Part shown: positions 27,501-39,850 of the stretch, piece after piece
Position numbering within the stretch: position 1 is the stretch's first letter
How the letters are laid out: each line of letters starts with the position of its first letter
NCBI GenBank assembly: GCA_951406725.2
Contig: OX597839.1
Span: 27,838,001 to 27,902,000 of the forward strand
From: Octopus vulgaris
Lineage: Eukaryota
Length of the DNA: 64,000 nt
Direction: 5' to 3'
Translations under genes and position numbers: made by a program
The notes under the pieces: model-generated
The model's database searches: none
Told to the model about the DNA's origin: nothing
Seen by the model: the letters and a program-made list of their open reading frames with translations, nothing else

Positions 27501-28444
27501 GGTGGGTTTCTTTCAGTCTCCCTCTATCGAATCGTTGGTTGGTTCTGGGGATTACAGTAGAAAAAAAAACTTACCCTGAGGTGCCACACAGTGAGACTGA
27601 ACCTGAAACCACACAGTTGCCAAAAGAGCTTCTTAACGATGCAGCCATGCTTCTAAATCAACAAGTTAAGAAAACAGGAAATCACAGAGATCTTGCAATA
27701 TCTCTTACTCATTTAACATCCTCAAGATTCCTTTCCATACTTTAAAAGATCAGACAGATTCTTCCTTTTATGCACCCAGAGCCAAACAACAGCAGAGCCA
27801 TTCCTATATCCCTCATCATCACTTGCTACAGTCATCTCTCCCCTCACGCTTTTATGTAACATCCTCTCCTCCATCGCCCCTGCCCACTCATCCTGTCCAA
27901 TCTTCTGTCCTACTTCACTCGTATTCACCCCAACTCTAAGGCGGTGAGCTGGCAGAAACGTTAGCACGCCGGGCGAAATGCGTAGTCGTATTTCGTCTGG
28001 CGTTACGTTCTGAGTTCAAATTCCGCCGAGGTCGACTTAACTTTTCATCCTTCCGGGGTCGATAAATTAAGTACCAGTTACGCACTGGGGTCGATATAAT
28101 CGACTTAATCCGTTTGTCTGTCCTTGTTCGTCCCCTCTGTGTTTAGCCCCTTGTGGGTAATAAAGAAATAGAGGATGTGTCCTTCTGAAACATCTACACC
28201 ACCATCTGTGTGTGAAGGCACATGGCTCAGTGGTTAGAGCATTGGGCTCACAGTCATGAGGTTGTGAGTTCAAATCCCAGACCAGGCTGTGTTGTGTTCT
28301 TGAGCAAGACACTTTATTTCACATTGCTCCAGTTCACTCAGCTGTAGAAATGAGCCACTTACACATTAATTTCACGAGCAGGCTGTTCCGTTGATTCGGA
28401 TCAACCGGAACCCTCGTCGTCGTAACCAACGGAGTGCTTCCATC

Positions 28445-28484
<40 letters not shown>

Positions 28485-28691
28485 CATACAGGATTATGTA
28501 TATATATATATATACATAGAGGCACAGGAGTAGCTGCGTGGTAAGTAGCTTGCTTACCAACCCAATGGTTCTGGGTTCAGTCCCACTGCATGGCATCTTG
28601 GGCAAGTGTCTTCTACTATAGCCTCGGGCTGACCAATGCCTTGTGAGTGGATTTGGTAGACGGAAACTGAAAGAAGCCTGTCGTATATATG

Positions 28692-28729
<38 letters not shown>

Positions 28730-28735
<6 letters not shown>

Positions 28736-29050
28736 GGTTGTATACTGTCAATCTAACAAGAACGTGACAGTAGGGGGTACACCACCGTTATATAGCCTAG
28801 GAGGCATCAACGCCTCCTGACAGCTTCGACACATTTTATCCTGTGTCCTTATATACACATATGTGTATATAAGGACACAGGATAAAATGTGTCGAAGCTG
28901 TCAGGAGGCGTTCGATGCCTCCTAGGGCTGGACACAGGATAAAATGTGTCGAAGCTGTCAGGAGGCGTTCGATGCCTCCTAGGGCTATATAACGGTGGTG
29001 TAACCCCTACTGTCACGTTCTTGTTAGATTGACAGTATACAAACATTATA
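28730..29050. repeat. Spacerless ~130-bp-arm palindrome (centre 28860/28861) with a 57-bp tandem duplication in the right arm
   Basis: ccttatatacacat|atgtgtatataagg at the centre. The unit 28873-28929 is repeated at 28930-28986. Confidence 0.9.
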
Positions 29051-29096
29051 TCGCTCCACCACCGTACACCTCTCTATGAGAGATTTAGAAACTCAA

Positions 29097-29143
<47 letters not shown>

Positions 29144-29365
29144 GTGTGTTTGTGTGTCTGTGTTTGTCCCCCCCACCATTGCTTGACAACCGATGCTGGT
29201 GTGTTTACGTCCCCGTAACTTAGCGGTTCGGCAAAAGAGACCAATAGAATAAGTACTGGGCTTACAAAGAATAAGTCCCAGGGTCGATTTGCTCGACTAA
29301 AGTCGGTGCTCCAGCATGGCCGCAGTCAAATGACTGAAACAAGTAAAAGAAAAAAAGAGTAAAAG

Positions 29366-29396
<31 letters not shown>

Positions 29397-29446
29397 GTGG
29401 TGCCCCAGCATGGCCACAGCTCAAGAGCTGAAACTGGAAAACATAC

Positions 29447-29477
<31 letters not shown>

Positions 29478-30057
29478 GTTCCTGCCCACAATTCAAAGGT
29501 TTGCTCTTTACACATTTATTAGACATTTCCCTTTTTCTTTCTTTTCTTTTGTTTTTGTAAAGAGAATGCTATTAATGTGAACATGTTTAAGAGAGATAAA
29601 AGGAGAGGAAAGAGACGAAGAAAGATGAGGAGAGAACAATCTGTGGATAGAGAATGTGTATGGGGCAGGGAAGGAGCGAGAGAGAGGTGTGGGTGAGAGC
29701 CATCTGGCAATCAGACTTTGAGAGTTCTTTGGTCAGACCCATGGATTGCAACAGCTGGGAAATATTCACCATTATATAATGTAATAATGTTTCACAATGA
29801 AGATCACTTGGGGTGGATGACTCTCTGTGTGCTTGTGTGCATGTGTGTGTATGTATGCATCTATATGTGTGTGTGTGTCTATGTATGTGTGTGTGTATCT
29901 ATGTGTGTGTGTGTGTGTGTGTAATAAATGTGTCAGCATCAACATCAGACACTCTATCATGTCATCTTGAGACTGATTTATCACACTTACGGAAACACAC
30001 ACACTAATGCAAGTATTTGTACCTGCATCATTAAGCTTCATTTTATACAGATGTATG

Positions 30058-30098
<41 letters not shown>

Positions 30099-30176
30099 GT
30101 ATGTGTATTTTTTCAATGTGTACAAATAATACGGAAAAAAATTAGTAAATACTTACCAAAACCCTGGAACTTCTAT

Positions 30177-30223
<47 letters not shown>

Positions 30224-30326
30224 TCACATAACATAGATATGTGCCTATATATATATATATATATATAATTTTAAGATAGGATAAAATCTTTATAAGAATT
30301 TATCAAGTAGTTAGTGTGAAAAACCT

Positions 30327-30366
<40 letters not shown>

Positions 30367-30649
30367 CGTATGTGTGTGTGCATGTGTGTACATACACACA
30401 TCATTATTATCATTTATCTTTTATCTTTGACTTGTCTCAGTCATTAGCCTGGAGCCATGCTGGGGTACCACCTTCGCACTCTTTAGTAAAATAAACAGTC
30501 CCCCAATGCTTTTGTTTTTTTTTGAACCTGCTATTTATTGTATCAGTCTCTTTTGCCAAATTGCTAAATCATGTGGGGACATAAACAAACCAACACAAGT
30601 TGTCAAGTAGTGGTGGGGGACAAACATAAAGACAAACACACACACACAC

Positions 30650-30697
<48 letters not shown>

Positions 30698-30730
30698 ACA
30701 GAATGACTCTCCCCAGACACAAAATATGTA

Positions 30731-30762
<32 letters not shown>

Positions 30763-30968
30763 AATATATAAGTACTTGAATGAATTATCCTAGTATGGAT
30801 AATTCGGTTAACCAATACCTGGGTAGCAAATTCACGTCAGAAAAACACAGTTGAAGCTACATGCCAAGGGCAGAGATCACGTGCTTTCATGTGGAAATTT
30901 GTGCGTTTTTTTTAATACAAATAAATGAAAGAATGGAGTTGAACGACGATTTAACAAAATTCCTTTAT

Positions 30969-31049
30969 TCTCAACATATGTTTCGAAGACTGCATATTCC
31001 TAATTTCGAAGGAATAAGGGGTGCATTATGCCACCTTCTCATCAGGAAA
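30969..31049 (-). ncRNA. Type I hammerhead ribozyme (family F1)
   Basis: Minus strand: tttc CTGATGA gaaggtggcata...tatgcagtcttc GAAA catatg TT gaga. Confidence 0.68.
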
Positions 31050-31852
31050 GACAAGGAACTTATGTCAGCATCATGATGAACAAAAACTTTTAGATGACTG
31101 CCCACACGGAGTCCATAGCGATAATGAGTGTCTCATATATAAATATATATATATAATGGAACAAAAACGCAATGGAGTACAATAAAACATTCGGACAGAT
31201 AGACGATACAATGGTGGACAGGAGAAACAACACTTAGAAGGACCGGCAAAAAAAGACAGGTCATTCATGGCCTTCTTTCCTCGGTCAAGTTACCAGAAGT
31301 CCTTACTGTTTCAGGCAGTTACACTCGAGACAGTTCGATCTAGTTGCCCCCTAAAAACTCTATGGAAATAAATGAGATTCAGTTGAATTAGGTACTTAAG
31401 TTGAGGCACCAAGTCAGTCCAGTATTATGCGGACAGCTCAAAGTAAGATGAATAAAAGACAAATAAGTAACAAGGATTGTATTTTCTCCTTAAGTTCATT
31501 CTACTACAATAATAGCAATAAGCATGTAATTCTTTTATTCAAGGAAAGCGGGTTATTTCAAATCGATCGATTAAATGGAGCCACTTAAAATAGCCATAAT
31601 GCACTGATACCTGGACATCCTTGTTACTTATATATATATATGTGTGTGTGTGTGTGTATGTATATATCTATCTATATATATATATCTATATATAGGTGCA
31701 GGAGTGGCTGTGTGGTAAGTACCTTGCTAACCAACCACATGGTTCCGGGTTCAGTCCCACTGCGTGGCATCTTGGGCAAGTGTCTTCTGCTATAGCCCCG
31801 GGCCGACCAATGCCTTGTGAGTGGATTTGGTAGACGGAAACTGAAAGAAGTC

Positions 31853-31907
<55 letters not shown>

Positions 31908-32081
31908 TAAATATTAGGGAATAAATCCAAATTTACAGGGAAAAAATCAGATTTAGGATTAAACCCAATTTTATAGTAAAATATAATAAAATATTATTAG
32001 AGACAAAACCACTATTTTGCAAAACAAACAAGGAAAGACTTAATCAATACATAAAATTTTAATAAATAGTCAAAAAAACCG

Positions 32082-32124
32082 CCACTACAATTATTTCTTG
32101 TCTTGATCGACAATCTTCAGGTGG
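32082..32124 (-). ncRNA. Minimal type I hammerhead ribozyme (family F3), left arm of inverted repeat
   Basis: Exact reverse complement of 32157-32199. Confidence 0.78.
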
Positions 32125-32156
32125 ACTTCCAATATATCAGTTTCAAATTATGAAGT

Positions 32157-32199
32157 CCACCTGAAGATTGTCGATCAAGACAAGAAATAATTGTAGTGG
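32157..32199 (+). ncRNA. Minimal type I hammerhead ribozyme (family F3), right arm of inverted repeat
   Basis: ccac CTGAAGA ttgtc-gatcaa-gacaa GAAA taattg TA gtgg. Confidence 0.78.
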
Positions 32200-32286
32200 C
32201 GGTTTTTTTGACTATTTATTAAAATTTTATGTATTGATTAAGTCTTTCCTTGTTTGTTTTGCAAAATAGTGGTTTTGTCTCTAATA

Positions 32287-32331
<45 letters not shown>

Positions 32332-32974
32332 TTGTGTGTCTGTGGTTGTCCCCCTAGCATTGCTTGACAACCGATGCTGGTGTGTTTACGTCCCCGTCAC
32401 TTAGCGGTTCAGCAAAAGAGACCGATAGAATAAGTACTGGGCTTACAAAGAATATGTCCCAGGGTCGATTTGCTCAACTAAAGGCGGTGCTCCAGCATGG
32501 CCGCAGTCAAATGACTGAAACAAGTATAACCGTATATATGATGAATTTTCCCGTCAAAGATGACATATGATTGCTCGGCTTTTGTCAAACGACCTCCTCA
32601 AATGATTTGTTTAAAGTGAACAAACATTGTCGGAACAGGTATGCTGTGTACCATGCATCAGGTGTCGAAGGGATCACAGAGCAACATGAGATGAAGGGTT
32701 TTGCTCAAGAACTCAATGCACCCCCTGGTCTAAGAACTGAAACTATGACCTTGCAATCATGAGCACAACACTCTAACCACTAGGCCATGCACCTATGTGT
32801 GTGTGTGTATATATGTGAGACAGGCTTCTTTCAGTTTCCATGTACCAAATTCACTGACAAGGCCTTGGTCGGCCTGAGGCTATAGTAGAAGACACTTGCC
32901 CAAGGTGCCACGCAGTGGGACTGAACCCGGAACCATGTGGCTGGTAAGCAAGCTACTTACCACACAGTTATGTA

Positions 32975-33028
<54 letters not shown>

Positions 33029-34216
33029 TGCTGGTGGCACGTAAAAGTACCTACTACACTCTCAGAGTGGTTGGCATTAGGAAGGGCATCCAGCTGTAGA
33101 AACTCTGCCAGATCAGACTGGGCCTGATGCAGCCTCCTGGCTTCCCAGACCCCAGTTGAACCGTCCAACCCATGCTAGCATGGAAAGCGGATGTTTAAAC
33201 GATGATGATAATGATGATGATGATGATGATATATACGACAGGCTTCATTCAGTTTCTGTCTACCAAATCCACCTCACAAGGCATTGGTCAGCCCAAGGCT
33301 ATAAGTAGAAGACACTTGCCCAAGGTGCCACGCAGTTGGACTGAACCCAGAACTACGCCGTTGGGAAGCAAGTATCTTACCACACATATATGTATATATA
33401 TATATATAAACTGTGTAAATGTGTGTGTGTGTGTGTTAATGCATGCGTGTATGTGTGTGTTTTTGTGTGTGTGTATGTGTGCGTGTCTTTTCCTATAAAT
33501 ATTGATCAGTTACTAGATGACATGATAAAATGTCTGATGTTACATCGTAGCCCGATGTCTACAAGCCTCAATGAAATACTCACAGAGGTCTATGGCTGTT
33601 TCAGAACTCTGTTGGTGAGAGAGTACAAAGTGCATCAATAAATATACGTTGCTGTTCTTGTTACGCACTGCAACATAACAGCTGACCCCCGTCCCCACCT
33701 CCAAACACACACACACACACACACACACAGAGAAACAGCCGTAATATCAAAGACACAAAATCATTGAGTTTGTAATATTTCAGTGATTTGAGAAATATTT
33801 GCAGAACTAATTTAGCGTTTCAGACAAGATAATATTTCCTCATTGCTAGACGTGTTTTCACAGAAGATGGAAAACAGTGGCACTTGTTTACAGCTATTGC
33901 ACAATGTTAAGATAAGGAAACACAGACATACACCGCATACATGCATACACACACACATATATATATATCTGTATGTATATATATATATATTTCTTTACTA
34001 CCCACAAGGGGCTAAACACAGAGGGGACAAACAAAGACAGACAAAGGGATTAAGTCGACTACATCAACCCCAGTGCGTAACTGGTACTTAATTTATCGAC
34101 CCCCGAAAGGATGAAAGGCAAAGTCGACCTCAGCGGAATTTGAACTCACAACGTAATGCAGACGAAATACCACTAAGCATTTAGCCCGGCGTGCTAACGT
34201 TTCTACCAGCTCGCCG

Positions 34217-34698
<482 letters not shown>

Positions 34699-35287
34699 TA
34701 TATATATATATATATATATATGTATTACAATGAAAGTAAACAAACAAACAAAGTTTGCTTTAGAAGCGTTGAGATGTCTTCGAAAGTTAAGTGATTTCTT
34801 AAAATTCTCAAACGCAGGATAATGCTAATAATATAGTCTGATTGGGATAAACTACCCCTATTTTGCAGAAAAAAGGGTTGGCAGCCAGCTGTGAGACTTG
34901 AACTCACACCCCTGTGATTATGTGTCGTGGTGCACTGACCTTTAAACTAAACTGCCCTCACCACAAATTCTTCCACATATTTAAGATATATATATGCCAT
35001 GTAAGTGGATTTAGTAGCTGGAAACTGAAAGAAGCCTTTCATATATATGTATATTCTTTTATTTGTTTCAGTCATTTGACTGCAGCCATGCTGGAGCACC
35101 ACCTTTAGTTGAACAGATCAACCCCAGGTTTATCCTTTGTAAGCCCAATACTTATTCTGGTAGTCTCTCTCTGCTGAACCGCTAAGTTACGGGGGACGTA
35201 AACACACCAACAAAGGTTGCCAAGCGATGGTGGGGGGACAAACACACACATGAACACATACACACACACACACACACACTCATATAC

Positions 35288-35329
<42 letters not shown>

Positions 35330-36908
35330 GATGGACTTCTTTCAGTTTCTGTCTATCACATCCACTCACAAGGCTTTGGTCGGCCCAAGGGTATATAGAA
35401 GACACATGCCCAAGGTGCCATGCAGTGAGACTGAACCCGGAACCATGTGGTTGGTAAGCAAGCTACTAACCACACAGCCATAATTATAATTAAGGGCATA
35501 GAAAAAAAATATTTTTTGCCTATATGCTGAAAGGGCGCACTAAATCGTCAAACCCCATTAAATATCATCACAATTTAACATCTCCTTTCAACACGTAGGC
35601 AAGAATTCTTTTCTATGCCCCTAATTATAATTGTATTTACGATTTCACCTTGATAAGTCTATGTTTTTATATGCTGGCCACTGATAAAATGTTTAACAAT
35701 TCTATCCTTTTATATTATATATTTGTGGAGGCGCAATGGTCCAGTGGTTAGGGCAGTGGACTCACGGCCGTAGGGTCGTGGTTTTGATTCCCTGACCAAG
35801 CGTTGTGAGTGTTTATTGAGCGAAAACACCTAAAGCCCCACAAGACTCCGGCAGGGGGTGGTCGTGATCCCTACTGTACTCTTTCATCACAACTTTCTCT
35901 CACTCTTTCTTCTGTTGGCCTGCTTGCTTAGCCAGCGGGGTGGCGTCATTCGAAGGCTAAAACAATGTGAAGTGCATTGTGACCAGCGATGTGTAGCAAC
36001 ATCTGATAGCCTGGTCGAGCAGGGTTGTTGCCAGTGCCGCCTGACTGGCTCCCTTACCGGTGCTACCTAACTGGCACCTGTGCTGGTGGGATGTAAAAAG
36101 CACCATTCGAGTGTGGTTGATGCCAGCACCGCTTGACTGGCCCTCGTACCAGTGGCGCATAAAAAGCACCCACTACACTCTCGGAGTGGTAGGCATTAGG
36201 AAGAGCATCGAGCTGTAGAAACCTTGCCAGATCAGACTGGAGCCTGGTGCAGCCTTCTGGCTTGCCAGTCCTCAGTCAAACCGTCCAACTCATACCAGGA
36301 TGGAAAGCAGACATTAAGTGACAATGGTGATGATGATGATGATTTGCAAACCAATCCACAAATTGTGCAAGGGTGTGGACCATGGGACAGTGTTGGTGCT
36401 ATGCTTGAAAATGCTTTTAGTCCTTGTTCTTTGTTCTCATGGCCAATGAATACAGCCAGATTCAAATTTCCTGATTCCATCTTGATCCATCGATCTCAAG
36501 TCTTTCTACTTCAAAGATTCATGAAATGTGTGTGTTTGTATAAGACTTGTCAAACCAAATGAAATTGCAGTTGTGGCCGATGCCAGTGTCAGGTAACTGG
36601 CACTTGTGCCTGTGGGGCATAAAAGCACCGGTGCCAGTGGGATGTAAAAAGTACCCCTTACACTCTTGGAGTGGTTGGCGTTAGGAAGGGCATCCAGCCG
36701 TAGAACCGTGCCAAACCAGACTGGAACCTGGTGCAGCTCTCCAGCTTACCAATTCCAGTTAAACCGTCCAACCCATGACAGCATGAAAAGCAGACACTAA
36801 ATGACAATGATGATGATATATATATCTATACATACATACATATTGCCAGTCTCCAGTCAAACTGTCTAACCCATGTCAACATGGAAAACGGACGTTAAAT
36901 GATGATGA

Positions 36909-36958
<50 letters not shown>

Positions 36959-36962
<4 letters not shown>

Positions 36963-37180
36963 CAGCAGAAAATTCAACAAAATCTGTTACTCTGAGTTTC
37001 TCGTTGCTGTTCATCAGACAGTTTTTGTTAGAAAAAACTGTCCAATGAACTGCAACGAGAAACTCAGAGTAACAGATTTTGTTGAATTTTCTGCTGCTTT
37101 AAATAAAGCATATTACTCTACCACTGGTATTTGAGTACTCTTTTTTCCACCTTGTTTCACATTTACGTATTTACTCCGGT
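36959..37180. mobile_element. Penelope-like terminal fragment (F2) with a ~68-bp inverted repeat, in (TA)n
   Basis: Arms 36959-37026 / 37033-37100. The tail 37100-37180 is the reverse complement of 12222-12295. Confidence 0.6.
36984..37021 (-). ncRNA. Minimal type I hammerhead ribozyme-like motif (family F2)
   Basis: Minus strand: ctgt CTGATGA acagcaacga GAAA ctcagag TA acag. Stem II is eroded. The inverted copy at 37038-37075 has a mutated core (ccaatga). Confidence 0.6.
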
Positions 37181-37207
37181 ATATATATATATTTATATTT
37201 ATATATA

Positions 37208-38022
37208 CAGGGTTATTCAAAAGTTGCCATACATAGGAACAATTTATTTCTTTTTATAAGAAACGGTTTATAAGAACAGTTTTTTTTATTTTATTTAACA
37301 GGCTCTATATTCTTTTATTCTTTTATTCTTTCAGTCATTTGACTGCGGCCATGCAGGAGCACCGCCTTTAATCGAGCAACTCGACCCCGGGACTTATTCT
37401 TTTGTAATCCCAGTACTTATTCTATCGGTCTCTTTCGCCGAACCGCTAAGTAACGGGGACATAAACACACCAGCATCGGTTGTCAAGCAATGCTAGGGGG
37501 ACAAACACAAACACACACACACACGCACATGCATATATATATATATACATATACATATATACGACGGGCTTCTTTCAGTTTCCGTCTACCAAATCCACTC
37601 ACAAGGCTTTGGTCGGCCCCAGGCTATAGTAGAAGACACTTGCCCAAGGTGCCACGCAGTGGGACTGAACCCAGAACCATGTGGCTGGTAAACAAGCTAC
37701 TTACCACACAGCCACTCCTGTGCCTATATATATATATATATATATATATGGTTACCATTGTTTCAATACGCATTGCAATACGATTACCGCACTCATTGCG
37801 CACTTGTAATTGCACATCTGGTGATAAGTGTGCAAAGGAGTCAGTGATGCGTTCCTTCAAATGATTTATGTTTTTTATCTTTCCATGATACACCATGCTT
37901 TTCAAATGCTCCCAATGATAGAAATCAAGAGGGGTCAGATAAGGGGATCTAGGGAATCGTATAAACTGCCTCTTATAAAAAAAATAATGTTTTCCTATGT
38001 ATGGAGACTTTGGATAACCTTG
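37208..38022 (-). mobile_element. Internally deleted Tc1/mariner element with nested SINE
   Basis: TA-flanked TIRs cagggttattcaaaagttgccatacatagga / tcctatgtatggagactttggataaccttg. The remnant PRSPYLTPLDFYHWEHLKSMVY matches the transposase WPPRSPDLTPLDF motif. Confidence 0.8.
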
Positions 38023-38244
38023 TATATCGGCATATACAAGTATGCTTCCATCTACCAATGCAGGCATGCGTGTATTCTTCCATCCACCCACCTATCTGTG
38101 CATATCAAACACACACACGTTCATGCATACATACATGCAGTCATATATGCTTCTTTCAGTTTCCATTGACCAAATCAACTCAAAAGGCTTTTAACCCTGA
38201 GCACACCAATGAGCCCAGAGTAATTGCAGAAACACTTACCTAAA

Positions 38245-38278
<34 letters not shown>

Positions 38279-38680
38279 TGTCAATGTGTATTTTTATGTA
38301 TCTTGTGTTTAAAAAGGCAAACATTTATTGAAGGGTCACTAAGCAGAATGTCAAATCATCTTTATTAGAAAAAAGTTAACAGTTTCAATTTTTATTAAAC
38401 AAACACACACACATGTAAATAAATAGATAGGTAGACATGGATAGATACATAGGTATATAAAGATATATAAACAGTGTAAAACCTTATGTGTAAAGGATGT
38501 TGGTGAAAGTCTGCACAGCCGACAATTAACCAAAAGGAAAGTCCATGGAATGTTGATGAGTTGAATTGCTGCAAGGAGTGGAAATTGTGAGGTTTCAAAT
38601 TTAGACTGGCCACTCCTTGCAGCAATCAAACATTTCGACTTTCTACCAAAACTTCTTTGGATCATATTACACACACACAC

Positions 38681-38728
<48 letters not shown>

Positions 38729-39709
38729 GATATATATATTTATATATACACATATATAAACAGATCATCTGGGAATGTTATCAAAACAGTATAATTATGA
38801 AAATGAAAATAATCATTATATAGGCGCAAGGCCTGAAACTTTGGGCAGGTAGGGTCTGTTCAAGTCAATTACATCAAACCCAGCGCTCAGCTGGTATTTA
38901 TTTATTTATTTATTACCCACCCGGGGCTAAATATAGATGGGACAAACAAGGACACACAAAGGGATTAAGTCAATTACATTGACCCCCCCAGTGCTTAACT
39001 GCTACTTATTTAATCGACCCCAAAAGGATGAAAGGCAAAGTCGACCTCAGCAGAATTTGAACTCAGAATGTGCAGAGAGAGGAAATGCTGCTTAGCATTT
39101 CACATAGCATGCCAACCATTCTGCTAGCTCTCTGCCTTAATAATAATAACAATAAGAAGAAGCATCCTTCCTAGGCCTGAGATTTTTTTAGGGAAGGGAG
39201 CTAGTCAATTACATCAAACCCCAGTGCTTGACAGGTACTTACTTATTTTACAAAGCCTAGTTGTTATGGGATTATGAGAATGGAAACACGTTCCTTCTAT
39301 GCTTTTTATATGCAGAAAAAAAAAGAGGTAGGAGTCTCTTGACAGACTATTTTTCAGTTTGTTCAGTACTCTTCAGAGAAGATTTACCCAATCTCCTCCA
39401 ATAAATGGCTTAGAATATTCAGCTACAATATATATATATCATCATCATCATCATCATCATCGTTTAACGTCCGCTTTCCGCGCTAGCACGGGTTGGACGG
39501 TTTGACCGGGTCTGGGAAGCCAGGGGCCGCTCCAGGCTCCAGTCTGAATCTGGCAGAGTTTCTACGGCTGGATGCCCTTCCTAACGCCAACCACTCCGTG
39601 AGTGGATTGGGTGCTTTTTACGTGCCACCTGCACAGGGGCCGGAGGGTCCGGCATCGTCACGATCGGATTCGAGCATTTTAACGTGTCAGCGGCACGGGG
39701 GCAACGAGG

Positions 39710-39850
39710 TCCGGGGTACTTTGGGGATTGGGGTATTTTGGGGATCCAGGGTACTTTGGGGATCCGGGGTACTTTGGGGATCCGGGGTACTTAGAATGGG
39801 TAGGGGGGTACTTAGAATGGGTAGGGGGTACTTAGAATGGGTAGGGGGTA
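39710..39850. repeat. Short tandem repeats at the LINE stop codon/3'UTR (18-bp ggggtactttggggatcc x~4; 20-bp ggggtacttagaatgggtag x3)
   Basis: Direct reading of the sequence. Confidence 0.85.

Larger units (their letters stand above)
31900..32295. mobile_element. Penelope-like terminal fragment with a 144-bp inverted repeat (31986-32129 / 32152-32295, 22-bp spacer), inserted in (TA)n
   Basis: Arms read as reverse complements, each with a hammerhead. A related end fragment lies at ~59146-59200. Confidence 0.65.

Noticed and set aside
26859-27745. His/Thr/Tyr- and Cys/Val/Met-rich ORFs (also at 48055-50777 and 59409-61480)
   Set aside because: Products of CA/TA/CT/GGT/TATC microsatellites.
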